A program made the translations under genes and the position numbers. The notes beneath the pieces were generated by a model. It was not told where the DNA came from. It made no database searches and saw only the letters and a program-made list of their open reading frames with translations. From Octopus bimaculoides (taxonomy: Eukaryota), in NCBI RefSeq assembly GCF_001194135.2, contig NC_068995.1, positions 41,577,218 to 41,627,157 on the forward strand: a stretch of DNA of 49,940 nucleotides. The letters run 5' to 3'. Positions 11,598-23,828 of this stretch are shown piece after piece (positions within the stretch are counted from its first letter, which is position 1; each line of letters starts with the position of its first letter).

Positions 11598-11968
11598 GTG
11601 GAGGCGCAATGGCCTAGTGGTTAGGGCAGCGGACTCGCTGTCATAAGATCGCAGTTTCGATTCCCAGACCGGGCGTTGTGAGTGTTTATTGAGCGAAAAC
11701 GCCTAAAGCTCCACGAGGCTCCGGCAGGGGATGGTGGCGAACCCTGCTGTACTCTTCTACCACAACTTTCTCTCACTCTTACTTGTGCCTGTAGTTCAAA
11801 GGGTCAGCCTTGTCACACTCTGTGTCACGTTGAATATCCCCGAGAACTACGTTAAGGGTACACGTGTCTGTGGAGTGCTCAGCCACTTACACGTTAATTT
11901 CACGAGCAGGCTGTTCCGTTGATCGGATCAACTGGAACACTCAACGTCGTAAGCGACGGAGTGCAACC
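11598..11968 (+). mobile_element. SINE family A, full length
   Basis: tRNA-like head with A box 'tggcctagtggttag' and B box 'gtttcgattccc'; highly similar to 31165-31547. Confidence 0.95.
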
Positions 11969-12659
11969 AAGGTGTTATTTGTATACAACTGCGGCCCGAG
12001 GGCCGATGTTTTTCTTTTCTTTCTGTCGATCAGACGTTGGTCAACTCATGAGCATGGAACAAATTTATTGTTGGACAAGTTAGAGCACGGGACCAAACAT
12101 CAATCATCAACCATCAAGCTTTAGGTATGATTTTCTGGTTGTATCGTTTGCTTCTGTGCGCGCGTGAGAGCGTGTGCGCATGTATGCGTTTGTGTGTATG
12201 TGTGTGCTTGTGTATATATGTGAGTTTATACAGATATATACACGTATTCTCTATAAGTTGTCTCTCTTAGTGCCCGGCGCTCTCTCTCCCGTGCGCGCTT
12301 TCCCTCTTTCTCGTTCTCTCTCTCTCTCTCTGTATATATATATATATATATATATATGTAGATATAGATATATATATATACATACATATATATGTAGATA
12401 GATATATGTATATATATATATATACACGCACACTCACACATTTATATATATATAAATAAATATACGTACAGAGAGATAGTCATAGAGAGAGAGAGAAAAA
12501 GAGATACAAAGAGTTTGAGAGAAAGAGAGAGAGAGGGTAAGAAAGAGAGAAGGAGAAAGGGAGAAGTCGAGTCAATGGAGCCACTAGTTTTTACCCCTAA
12601 TAACCTCGTGTGACATCTTTGTTGACACGAAATTACAGGAATCAGAAAATGGCACAGAG

Positions 12660-12677
12660 GTGACGTCCACTTCCGGT
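12660..12677. promoter_or_regulatory. Adjacent CRE-like and ETS motifs
   Basis: gtgacgtc-cacttccggt (reverse ACCGGAAGTGGACGTCAC) in a unique island between GA and TTC low-complexity tracts. Motif match only. Confidence 0.25.
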
Positions 12678-13106
12678 CATTATAGGCAACGTAACTTCTA
12701 AACAAAGCCACACAACATTATCAAAGCAAAGAATTAGCTTCCCTTCATTTACTAACGTATTCATTCATTCATTCATTCATTCCTCCGTTTCTTTGTTCTT
12801 TTTATTCCATTTTCTTTTATTTCATCTGATTTTCTCCATATTCTTCATTGTTCTTACATTCTTCTGTCGTTCTTTTCGTTCTCTTTTCCGTAAAAAAATT
12901 TCCTTCCTTTTGAAATATGTTTTCAATGTTTTTAGTTTTCATTCTTTCTCATTTCGTCCATTTTTATTCTTCTTTATTTTGTCCTTGGTCTTCCACTCAT
13001 TCCTTGTGGGTGCGTGCATGTGTGTTTGGGTGCATCTGTGTGTCTAGTGTGTGTGTGTGTGTGTGTGTGTGCGTGTGTGTGCATCTGTGTGTTTAGTGCG
13101 TGTGTG

Positions 13107-13365
13107 TTTGCCCGGCGTGCTAACGTTTCTTACTTTTTTTTACTGCCCACAGGGGGCTAAACATAGAAGGGACAAACAAGGACAGACAAAGGGATTAAGT
13201 CGATTACACCGACCCCAGTACGTAACTGGTACTTAATTTATCGACCCCGAAAGGATGAAAGGCAAAGTCAACCTCGGCGGAATTTGAACTCAGAACGTAA
13301 CGGCAGACGAAATACCGCTAAGCATTTCGCCCGGCGTGCTAACGTTTCTGCCAGCTCGCCGCCTT
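13107..13365 (-). mobile_element. SINE family B, full length with tail T1 plus start of a second monomer
   Basis: Close match to 6495-6750; on the minus strand the tail is followed by 'aagaaacgttagcacgccgggcaaa'. Confidence 0.95.
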
Positions 13366-14951
13366 TATGTGACGCCCTGGTAAATGTAACAATACTGTGG
13401 ACGCAATGTTACCAGATGAAAATAAAACAAAAAGATAAGCAGACATACCCAGCAACTTGGTAACATTTTACTGTTTAAATTTACATGCGTCTCACTCCTT
13501 GCTCTTGAACAATCTGGCTCCAATTGCTCTTTCGTATACACAGTCTCTCTCTCAGGCCAGCGTTTCACTGGTAACCCAAACTGAGCACTCATAGTACATC
13601 CCTATTATATTACATCAGTTGACGAAAACTGCTCGTATATTCTGTCTCTTTCATGCATATACAATCTTATACAACCTGTATTCATACACTCAAGCATCTT
13701 CACGTGAATTCATATTATATCCTAGACACGTACATGTGTACCCACACATATAAACACACAAATACATAAGTGAGCCCATTTTCACTTGCATGGACACAAT
13801 CTCTATTATAGCCAAGGTAGACATATCTATCCACTTACAAGCATTCATACAAAACTCTCCGCCGCATAAACATTCTCTTCCTAACAATCACACATACATA
13901 GCTTACATAAATATATTTGCACATATACATACACACACACATACATATACACGCATATACATACATATACATACATACACACATACATACATATTTACAT
14001 ACATACATATGATATACGCACATACAAACATACATACATACAGACAGACAGACAAGCATATACGCATCTACATTTATTTCTTTTGATTCTTTTGTGTCAC
14101 TCATTTGCCTGCGGCCATGCTGGAGTATACATATGTATGTATACATACGTATACAAACATGCACAAACAAACATAAATGCGTTCAGACAAACATATACAT
14201 ACATACATACATACATACATACGTACATACATACATACATGCATGCATGCATGCATACATACATGCATACATACATACACACACACACATACAAGTATAC
14301 ATACATAGACCTACATACTGATATACGTACTCTTTCACTTATTCACAAACACTATACATACACACACACATACACACACACACATACACAAATGTATACA
14401 TGCACACACATATACACACATATACCCCATCGCCATCCTATACATTAAAATGCCCCCCCCCACCCCAACTTTTCACCAAACCGATTTAACGACACACAGC
14501 TCTTGTTTCGTATTTTCAAATATTTTTCATATTTTACAAATGTATGAACAGCGCCGACCTCAATCCTTCACCGTCAATAACATCTCTCGAGAGACATCAA
14601 CAGACAGAGAGAGAGAGAGAGAGCTCACATTCTGCAAAGTGGAGAAGGAATTCTGGCAGGATTCTGGTGTCGTTTCGTGAAGTTGGTGTGACAGACACGG
14701 TAGGGGTGGTGGTGGTGCTGATACTGGTGATAGCGGCGGTGGTGTATACCCAGGCTCATGTTTGTATATATATATATATATATATATNNNNNNNNNNNNN
14801 NNNNNNNNNNNNNNNNNNATATATGTATATATACATATGGGCATGTGAAAACATGTGCACGTGAGAGAATGTGTTTGTACGAGGGGTACGTGCGTATGGG
14901 CGTGTGGGCTCCTGTGTGCGTATGTGTGTATGACAGCGTATGGGTGAGTAC

Positions 14952-14997
<46 letters not shown>

Positions 14998-15084
14998 ACG
15001 CACGCACGCGCGCACACAATGTGAAAGCAAAGTCTACCTCAGTGAAATTTGGCCTCAGAACATAAACCCGAAAAAATGCTGCCT

Positions 15085-15269
15085 TAATAATAATAATAAT
15101 GGTTTGAAATTTTGGCATAAGGTTAGCAGTTTTGAAGGAGGGGCTAAGTCGATTATATCGACCCCAGCGCGCAACTGGTACTTAATTTATCGACGCCCGA
15201 AAAGGATGGAAGGCAAACTCGACTATAACGGAATTTGAACTCGGGACGTAGTGGCAGACGATATACCGC
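15085..15269 (-). mobile_element. SINE family B (tail T3 + (ATT)n), head truncated
   Basis: '(aat)n ggtttgaaattttggcataagg...gtcgattatatcgaccccagcgcgcaactggtacttaatttatcgac'. Confidence 0.88.
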
Positions 15270-15282
15270 TGAGGACGGACGA

Positions 15283-15730
15283 GGCTACATCAAATATTCT
15301 GCTTAATACCACAGATTTACTTGTTGGCTGTTTGGCCTTAACCAGTTGAGTGTGTCCCTTGGTCGCTGACGATATGTGTATCTCTGACTACGAGCAGAAG
15401 TAGTTGGGGGAGCATCATAGCCATGTGCTGAAAGGAATTCTTTGGGGTTTGAATAATTCACTTTTGGAAACATTGGTGCTTTGCTCAACATCCTTAAACA
15501 AACGTTTTTCAGGGTCCTTTTGAGTGGAATGGGCTACTCGACCTGAAGAAGATTCAAACTGGGCCCCACCTGCGAGGTCATGCACTGTTTATCTTGATAT
15601 GTAGTCACCATGTCACACACTTATGGTTGTTATGGTGTACCCTTATCAGACGGGTTGTCCTGATGGGTATAATGGGCTTCGTATATTTTACCCCAGTGTC
15701 ACTTTGATGGCATGCACTGTTCTCTCACTC

Positions 15731-15781
<51 letters not shown>

Positions 15782-15790
15782 TATAATAAT
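15283..15790 (+). mobile_element. Retroposon E (5'-truncated LINE 3' region or long SINE) with (AAT)n tail
   Basis: Collinear with 43686-44096 and 45541-46122; common 3' end 'gcactg.tctctcactc' then (AAT)n; variable 5' start. Confidence 0.85.
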
Positions 15791-15958
15791 AATCCTGTCT
15801 ATTGTAGGCACAAGGCCGAAGTTTTGGGGTAAGGGTTAGACGATTATATCGAACCCAGAATTTTACTGGTAGTTAATTTATCAACCCCGAAAGGATGGAA
15901 GACAGAATCGACCTCGGTGGAATTTGAACTCAGAACGTAGCGATAGGCGAAATAACCA
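15788..15958 (-). mobile_element. SINE family B (tail T2)
   Basis: 'aatcctgtctattgtaggcacaaggcc...ctggtagttaatttatcaaccccgaaaggatg...tcgacctcggtggaatttgaactcagaacgtag'. Confidence 0.9.
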
Positions 15959-16256
15959 TTACTATTACTAATGATGATGAATTACAAAGAAATAAGCATA
16001 AGAAAAACAAATATAGGTAAAACATGTATATATGTGAACAAATATAGTTCAGTTGGTCGTCTAAGAGTAAGAAAGGCTTTCGTAGTTTAGTAATTAAAGA
16101 CAGACAGAATAGTAATTATATGTGTGGGCGTGTATGTATGTATGTATGTATCTATCTATCTATCTATCGATTCTTGTATACATAGCTAAGTAATTGAGTA
16201 CGAAGTCATTATAATCAGTAAAAAATGGAGGTAGTTCTTTTGAAGTATGCATATCT

Positions 16257-16287
<31 letters not shown>

Positions 16288-16568
16288 NNNNNNNNNNNNN
16301 NNNNNNNNNNNNNNNNNNNNNNNNNNNNNNNNNNNNNNNNNNNNNNNNNNNNNNNNNNNNNNNNNNNNNNNNNNNNNNNNNNNNNNNNNNNNNNNNNNNN
16401 NNNNNNNNNNNNNNNNNNNNNNNNNNNNNNNNNNNNNNNNNNNNNNNNNNNNNNNNNNNNNNNNNNNNNNNNNNNNNNNNNNNNNNNNNNNNNNNNNNNN
16501 NNNNNNNNNNNNNNNNNNNNNNNNNNNNNNNNNNNNNNNNNNNNNNNNNNNNNNNNNNNNNNNACCTG

Positions 16569-16626
<58 letters not shown>

Positions 16627-16959
16627 GGTATATATGTATATATATACACATATATATGTATAGGTATCTATGTGTTCATGTATGTGTGTGTGTATGACTG
16701 TATGCATATATACAGTATATATATGAATATACTTGCATGCACTTGTGTATTGAAACCTCGGTATACATAAGTTGTAGAATAGACAAAGAAAGTGAGGTTG
16801 GAAGGAGGGACGTGGGTTGAGGTAAAAGATGCATTTCGTTTCATAAACAGATGATAGACTGGCAGAGAGAAAATGGAAGATATACATTCTTACATACACA
16901 CACAAACACACACACACACACACACACATGCGTACTTAAACATAAGCACACACACACAC

Positions 16960-16993
<34 letters not shown>

Positions 16994-18228
16994 CTATATA
17001 TGTATGTATGTATGTATATATATGTTTAAATACATACAAATATTTGTACATTCATATATATTTATATATATAAATATATATACATATATACATACATATA
17101 TATCTATATATGTATGTATGTATGTATNNNNNNNNNNNNNNNNNNNNNNNNNNNNNNNNNNNNNNNNNNNNNNNNNNNNNNNNNNNNNNNNNNNNNNNNN
17201 NNNNNNNNNNNNNNNNNNNNNNNNNNNNNNNNNNNNNNNNNNNNNNNNNNNNNNNNNNNNNNNNNNNNNNNNNNNNNNNNNNNNNNNNNNNNNNNNNNNN
17301 NNNNNNNNNNNNNNNNNNNNNNNNNNNNNNNNNNNNNNNNNNNNNNNNNNNNNNNNNNNNNNNNNNNNNNNNNNNNNNNNNNNNNNNNNNNNNNNNNNNN
17401 NNNNNNNNNNNNNNNNNNNNNNNNNNNNNNNNNNNNNNNNNNNNNNNNNNNNNNNNNNNNNNNNNNNNNNNNNNNNNNNNNNNNNNNNNNNNNNNNNNNN
17501 NNNNNNNNNNNNNNNNNNNNNNNNNNNNNNNNNNNNNNNNNNNNNNNNNNNNNNNNNNNNNNNNNNNNNNNNNNNNNNNNNNNNNNNNNNNNNNNNNNNN
17601 NNNNNNNNNATATATATATATATATATATATATACGCATATATGTATATGTATGTATATATATATATCTGTATATATACATACCTGTATATGTGTGTGTG
17701 TATATATATGTGTATATACGTATATCTTTGCATGCACAGATACATGTGGGAAAAACGTTTGATAGATGACAAGAACATGCAAACGAGTGCAGAAGGTGCG
17801 GCGGGCCGGGGCGGGAAAAACGAAGGTGGAGATAGAGGTGAGAAGCGAGAGAAAGCATGCGGAATGGTGAGGGGTGAGATGTGACAGAGAGGGAGTGAGG
17901 GAGAGAGAGGGAAAGAGAGAAAAAGTGAGAAAGGAAAGGTGAGAGAGAAAGAAAGAGAAGGAGAGATAGAATGATGGAGAAGGGGGCGGCGTGTGTCGGC
18001 GTAATATCTGCAATTGTCAGCCTGCATGAATGCATGCATGTGTTTATATATATACAGATGTATATATACACGTGTGTATGTGTGCAAGTAGTTGAGTGCA
18101 TGATAACACAATATGCTCAAATATACTTACTGGCTTACATACATAATACACACACACATGCACACACACACACATGCACACACACACACACACATGCACA
18201 CACACACACATGCACACACACACACATG

Positions 18229-18280
<52 letters not shown>

Positions 18281-18323
18281 CGTATATGCAGACATGTATA
18301 TATATATATATGTATAGTATATG

Positions 18324-18356
<33 letters not shown>

Positions 18357-19612
18357 GTATATACAGACATATGTATATATATGTATACACATATATATAT
18401 ATATACGTATATACAAACATATGTACATATATATAACTTATATACATACGTATGTATGTACATACACACATACATACATATATACACATATACATACATA
18501 TACATACATATACATATATATACATACATATACATATACATACATATACACATACATATATATACATATACATACATATACATACGTATGCATATACATA
18601 CATATATATATATATNNNNNNNNNNNNNNNNNNNNNNNNNNNNNNNNNNNNNNNNNNNNNNNNNNNNNNNNNNNNNNNNNNNNNNNNNNNNNNNNNNNNN
18701 NNNNNNNNNNNNNNNNNNNNNNNNNNNNNNNNNNNNNNNNNNNNNNNNNNNNNNNNNNNNNNNNNNNNNNNNNNNNNNNNNNNNNNNNNNNNNNNNNNNN
18801 NNNNNNNNNNNNNNNNNNNNNNNNNNNNNNNNNNNNNNNNNNNNNNNNNNNNNNNNNNNNNNNNNNNNNNNNNNNNNNNNNNNNNNNNNNNNNNNNNNNN
18901 NNNNNNNNNNNNNNNNNNNNNNNNNNNNNNNNNNNNNNNNNNNNNNNNNNNNNNNNNNNTATATAAGTGTGTATATTTGTGTGTGTATTTATACGTCTAT
19001 AATGTACATCTATAACGAGATGGAAAGTGCCTCTACAAGCGCTGACAATAAGGAACAATTTCGTTGTGTGCGAATGTTTGATTCTAATTATGGAGGCATC
19101 GGGCGGTAAACTCGAAAGACAAACATGGCGACGGCTCGCTGTGTCGGTCTGTCGAAGGACAGTGAATTAATAAGAGCCCTCTGATATAAACTTCCATGTC
19201 GACATGCTATAGAATAAGTTCTTATAGAGTTTAGCGTGCAGTTGCGGTGTTTAATTTGAATATAAGTGACATGTTTATGAGATGTACATGTATGTATGAG
19301 TGCATGTATGTATGTATGTATGTATGCATGTATGTATGTATGTATGTATGTATGTATGTATGTATACATGTGTGCATGTATGTATGTATGCATGTATGTA
19401 TGTTTATATGTAATCATATGTGACTGTATCTGAATGTATGTGTGTGTGTGTGTATGTTCGCACGTATGTATATTTTCTTCCAGCTCACCCACAACACCTC
19501 TATATTTTTATAAATGTAGATGTGCTACATGTGTATTATTTTCAAGTGTGTATATATGCGAACGAATATACGCATGTATGTATATGTATATATGCATGCT
19601 TGTATATCTCTC

Positions 19613-19647
<35 letters not shown>

Positions 19648-20497
19648 NNNNNNNNNNNNNNNNNNNNNNNNNNNNNNNNNNNNNNNNNNNNNNNNNNNNN
19701 NNNNNNNNNNNNNNNNNNNNNNNNNNNNNNNNNNNNNNNNNNNNNNNNNNNNNNNNNNNNNNNNNNNNNNNNNNNNNNNNNNNNNNNNNNNNNNNNNNNN
19801 NNNNNNNNNNNNNNNNNNNNNNNNNNNNNNNNNNNNNNNNNNNNNNNNNNNNNNNNNNNNNNNNNNNNNNNNNNNNNNNNNNNNNNNNNNNNNNNNNNNN
19901 NNNNNNNNNNNNNNNNNNNNNNNNNNNNNNNNNNNNNNNNNNNNNNNNNNNNNNNNNNNNNNNNNNNNNNNNNNNNNNNNNNNNNNNNNNNNNNNNNNNN
20001 NNNNNNNNNNNNNNNNNNNNNNNNNNNNNNNNNNNNNNNNNNNATCATCATCATCATCATCATCATCTGCAGCAGCAGCAGCAGCAGCAAAGCTAATTAT
20101 GGCAGTAGGTCTGTGTTGAAGTGCAAACAAGCAACGGGAGCCGATTGATTGTAACATTTCAGTGTCGGACGCACCCTTTTCCGCAGGCATGTGGGTGGTG
20201 CATTGATTGCAACGGGAACCGGATGGACGGTGGGGGGGGGGGCGATGGCAGGCCGGCAGCCAGGCTGGCAGGCAGGCAGGCAAGCCGCCGGACCGACCGA
20301 CCGACCGACCGACCGTCCATCCGTCCATCCGTTTGCCCGTCCGTCCGTCCGTCCGTCCGTTCATGCTTACACAACCACCTTGCTCCATACACACAACGGT
20401 CACGTATTATACACAACTATTGTTTAATGTAGCAACAGAAGTCGGTAAACCTTACTGGAACCGTAATTGTTGCGATAACAGCAACAGAAGCAATATC

Positions 20498-20534
<37 letters not shown>

Positions 20535-20652
20535 GTAACAACAGCACTGCTAACTGCAACAACTATAATACGAAAAACAATAAAAGAAATAATATATGTA
20601 ACGAGCAAACGGTAGTTATAACAACAACAACAACAACAACAACAATAATAAC

Positions 20653-20871
20653 AATGATCCTTTATGCTATAGGCAAAAGACCTGGAATTTGGGGGAGGGG
20701 GAATCATTCGATTACATCGGCCCCCGTACTCAACTGGTACTTATTTTATCGACCCCCGAAAAAGATGAAAGGCAAAAAATCGACCTCGGTGGAATTTGAA
20801 CTCAGAACGTAGCGATGGGCGAATTGTCGCTAAGTAATTTTGCCCTGCGTTCTAGCGGTTCAGCCAGCTCG
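20653..20871 (-). mobile_element. SINE family B (tail T2)
   Basis: 'ctggtacttattttatcgacccccgaaaaagatgaaaggc...tcgacctcggtggaatttgaactcagaacgtagcg'. Confidence 0.9.
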
Positions 20872-20903
20872 AACAGCAACAGCAAAGACAGCAGCAGCAG
20901 CAG

Positions 20904-20953
<50 letters not shown>

Positions 20954-21047
20954 ACAAATGCTATGAGAACAACGAGAGCGAATCTTTAGAGAAAGACTGA
21001 CTACAAGAATTACAACAATAATAACAATGACGGCAGCTTCAGCATGG

Positions 21048-21237
21048 TTTCTCGATCTGTTAGAAACAGCAGCTAAACCTCCCTTACGTCATACCCAACC
21101 GTCTTGAAACGGGACGGATGCGTTTGACGATATTGTCCAAGATGTACAAAGACACAGGACGTTCGAATATAGAATGCGTTTGATCATAGATCACAGGTGC
21201 GTTGGACGTGAACCGACTCGGGGTTAAACAGTAGGAT
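21048..21237 (+). repeat. Unclassified interspersed repeat F (copy 2)
   Basis: 'ctcgatctgttagaaacagcagctaaacctccctt...cccaaccgtcttgaa' similar to 567 and 30525. Confidence 0.6.
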
Positions 21238-21283
21238 CATGGACATCAACAACAAAAGGGTTATTGTTTGCAGCAATCGCGGC

Positions 21284-21317
<34 letters not shown>

Positions 21318-21683
21318 TCGACAAACAAGAGGAGCATCAACGATCTCCAGATAATAGTAGCCGATATAAATGTTGGTCGGCTGGTTGGTTGGTTGGTCGG
21401 CTGGTTGGCTGGTTGGCTGGTTGGCTGGTTGGTTGGTTGGCTGGTTGGCTGGTTGGTTGGTGAGAAAGAGTGAAAGAGAGATTCAGAAAAAATGAACATA
21501 AGAGGAGCTGGGTAAATGCACATGCTGGGCTTGGTGGCAAGTAATGAGTAAATGAATGCTGCACACACACACACACACACACACACATACATACACACAG
21601 AGTGAGAGACAAAGAATCATGGCGAGAGGAGGAGGAGAGGGAAGATAGAAAGAAACTGAGAGAAACTGACAGAAAGAGTGACT

Positions 21684-21715
<32 letters not shown>

Positions 21716-22369
21716 AGACAGAAAGACCAAAAGAGACAGGGTGAGTGTGCGCGTGCATGTGATTGTATGTGTGTATGTTTTCGTGTGTGCTGGGTTGGGT
21801 AGGTGTTTGTTTCAGTGATTTCCATAATCTAGAATCAATGGCGAAAGTAATTTTGTTTTCACTCTTTTCTTTTTACTCTTTTAAATATTGTTTTATTCAA
21901 TTTCATTTTAAGGTAATAAACATTCTTTCTTTTATAAATTAGCATTCATTTCATCATTTTTGCATCAGCACCATGAGATTTGGTAAAGTTAAATTATAAT
22001 AATTATTGTATACTTCCCATATTACCAAATATTATTCATGAATGCGACAGTTACCTGTCACATGACTTACATTTTACTATAAATAATATTTTTTGATATT
22101 AGTAAAAGTCACCTCGGGAACGTTATTGCCAAGATCGATCTGAATGGCGTAGAATGTGGTATGAAGCTTTTTAACAATTTCAGTTGAATAAGCAGTACAA
22201 TAAAAGAATTAAACCTTGAAATCAACAGACACATTTGTCTAATCCAAGACAAAATAAATATCTTCACTGTCCCTGTAGTGACTAAACAGCGAAATCCGTA
22301 CCTGGGCTGAAATTACAGTCATGCATCCACTGCAAATAGATGCAGCTTCTTTATATTTATTTTGTTCAC

Positions 22370-22787
22370 AGGCGCAGGAGTGGCTGTGTGGAATGTAGCT
22401 TGCTTACCAACCACATGGTTCTGGGTTCAGTCCTACTGCATGGCACCTTGGGCAACTGTCTTCTACTATAGCCTCGGGCCGACCAAAGTCTTGTGAGTGG
22501 ATTTGGTAGACAGAAACTGAAAGAAGCCCGTCCTAAATATGTATATATATATATATATGTATGTGTGCGTATGTGCTTGTGTGTCTGTGTTTGTCCCCCC
22601 AACATCGCTTGACAACCGATGCTGGTGTGTTTACGTCTCCGTAACTTAACGGGTCGGCAAAAGAGATCGATAGAATAAGTACTAGGTTTCCAAAGAATAA
22701 GTCCTGGGGTCGATTTGCTCGACTAAAGGCGGTGCTCCAGCATGGCCGCAGTCAAATGACTGAAACAAGTAAAAGAGTAAAAGAGTA
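22370..22787 (+). mobile_element. SINE family C, full length: tRNA-like head, CORE-like segment, internal (TA)/(TG) microsatellite, LINE-like tail (GTAAAAGA)n
   Basis: Head 'aggcgcaggagtggctgtgtgg...gggttcagtcc', 'accttgggcaa' CORE-like motif, tail 'ggcggtgctccagcatggccgcagtcaaatgactgaaacaagtaaaagag'. Confidence 0.95.
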
Positions 22788-23095
22788 AATCCTTTCCTTC
22801 AAGCATTCATGCGTTGAAATCAACGGGAATGACCATTACGAAATCACAAATTTTGTCGAGATAAGATGAAATAGTTTGAATTAGGTTTAGTATATTATTG
22901 AAGCTAAATCAAACGTGTTATGTAGATATCTCAAGGAGAACAGAGATTTAAAACCAAGTGCATCAAGCTATTCAGCTCTTGGAAGCCAAATGAGCGTGTT
23001 TATCACGCTGATTTGAGTGGATCTCAGAAGCTGGTTGGTCAGTGCCAAATCAAAGGCCCTTAAAACCTTGAACCAGTTTCTTGTTAACTGTTTAG

Positions 23096-23455
23096 TCACA
23101 TAATTAGAGCAGGTCCATAGCTGATCTTGCCACTACTCGACAAGGCCACTCTGGGTACTTGTAGACAATTCAGAGTCATTTGCTGGACGAGAAAATAATA
23201 TTGGTTCCTTAAAACAAAAATACAAAAGAAAAAAAACCCTCTACAACCACCAAAACGAACTAGGGAGCTATAAACCAACAATCTGCAAAGTACTTACACC
23301 GATACTTTACAGCAGGCTGGTTGCTCGCCAGGAAAGCGATATGTTATGAACGGTGACGAAAGGAAGAATCGGGGCGAACAGTAAGGTTGTAAAAAGCAGT
23401 TGTTGATGAATCGGGCAATTTTAGGAAACAATAATGGTAAAGAAAAAATGAGCAT
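23096..23455 (-). other. Candidate spliced unit (exon ending 23298, 90-nt intron 23297-23208, exon from 23207); 89-aa ORF of unknown nature
   Basis: GGT|GTAAGT donor; intron ends 'tttttttcttttgtatttttgttttaag'; a frame from ATG 23455 stays open across the junction to TGA at 23096. No homology recognised. Confidence 0.3.
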
Positions 23456-23614
23456 AGCATGGAGTGATTAATCAAAAGGATTTTTTGTGTATATCACGCT
23501 GTACAAGAGCTCCAACTGACCCGATACTTCAAACGGGCTTTGTCAAAATAGAAAGCAATTATATTAAAACACAGCAAAAGGAAGATCCTGTAACCTGTAG
23601 CTGAAGAAATGGAA

Positions 23615-23828
23615 TCTGTGTTTGTCCCCCCAACATCTCTTGACAACCGATGCTGGTGTGTTTATGTCCCCGTAACATTAGCGGTTCAGCAAAAGTGACC
23701 GATAGAATAAGTACTAGGCTTACAAAGAATAAGTCCTGCGGTTGATCTTCTCGACTAAAGGCGGTGCTCCAGCATGGCCGCAGTCAAATGACTGAAACAA
23801 GTAAAAGAGTAAAAGAGAGTAAAAGAGT
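23615..23828 (+). mobile_element. SINE family C, 3' half
   Basis: 'tgtgtttgtccccc...gacaaccgatgctggtgtg...gaaacaagtaaaagagtaaaagag'. Confidence 0.92.

Noticed and set aside
14450-14760. ORFs with 'VEKEFW' (KDM5-like) and a Pro-rich minus frame ending at a GTGAGC donor
   Set aside because: Only a 6-residue resemblance; a GA microsatellite interrupts the plus frame and the minus frame has no acceptor.
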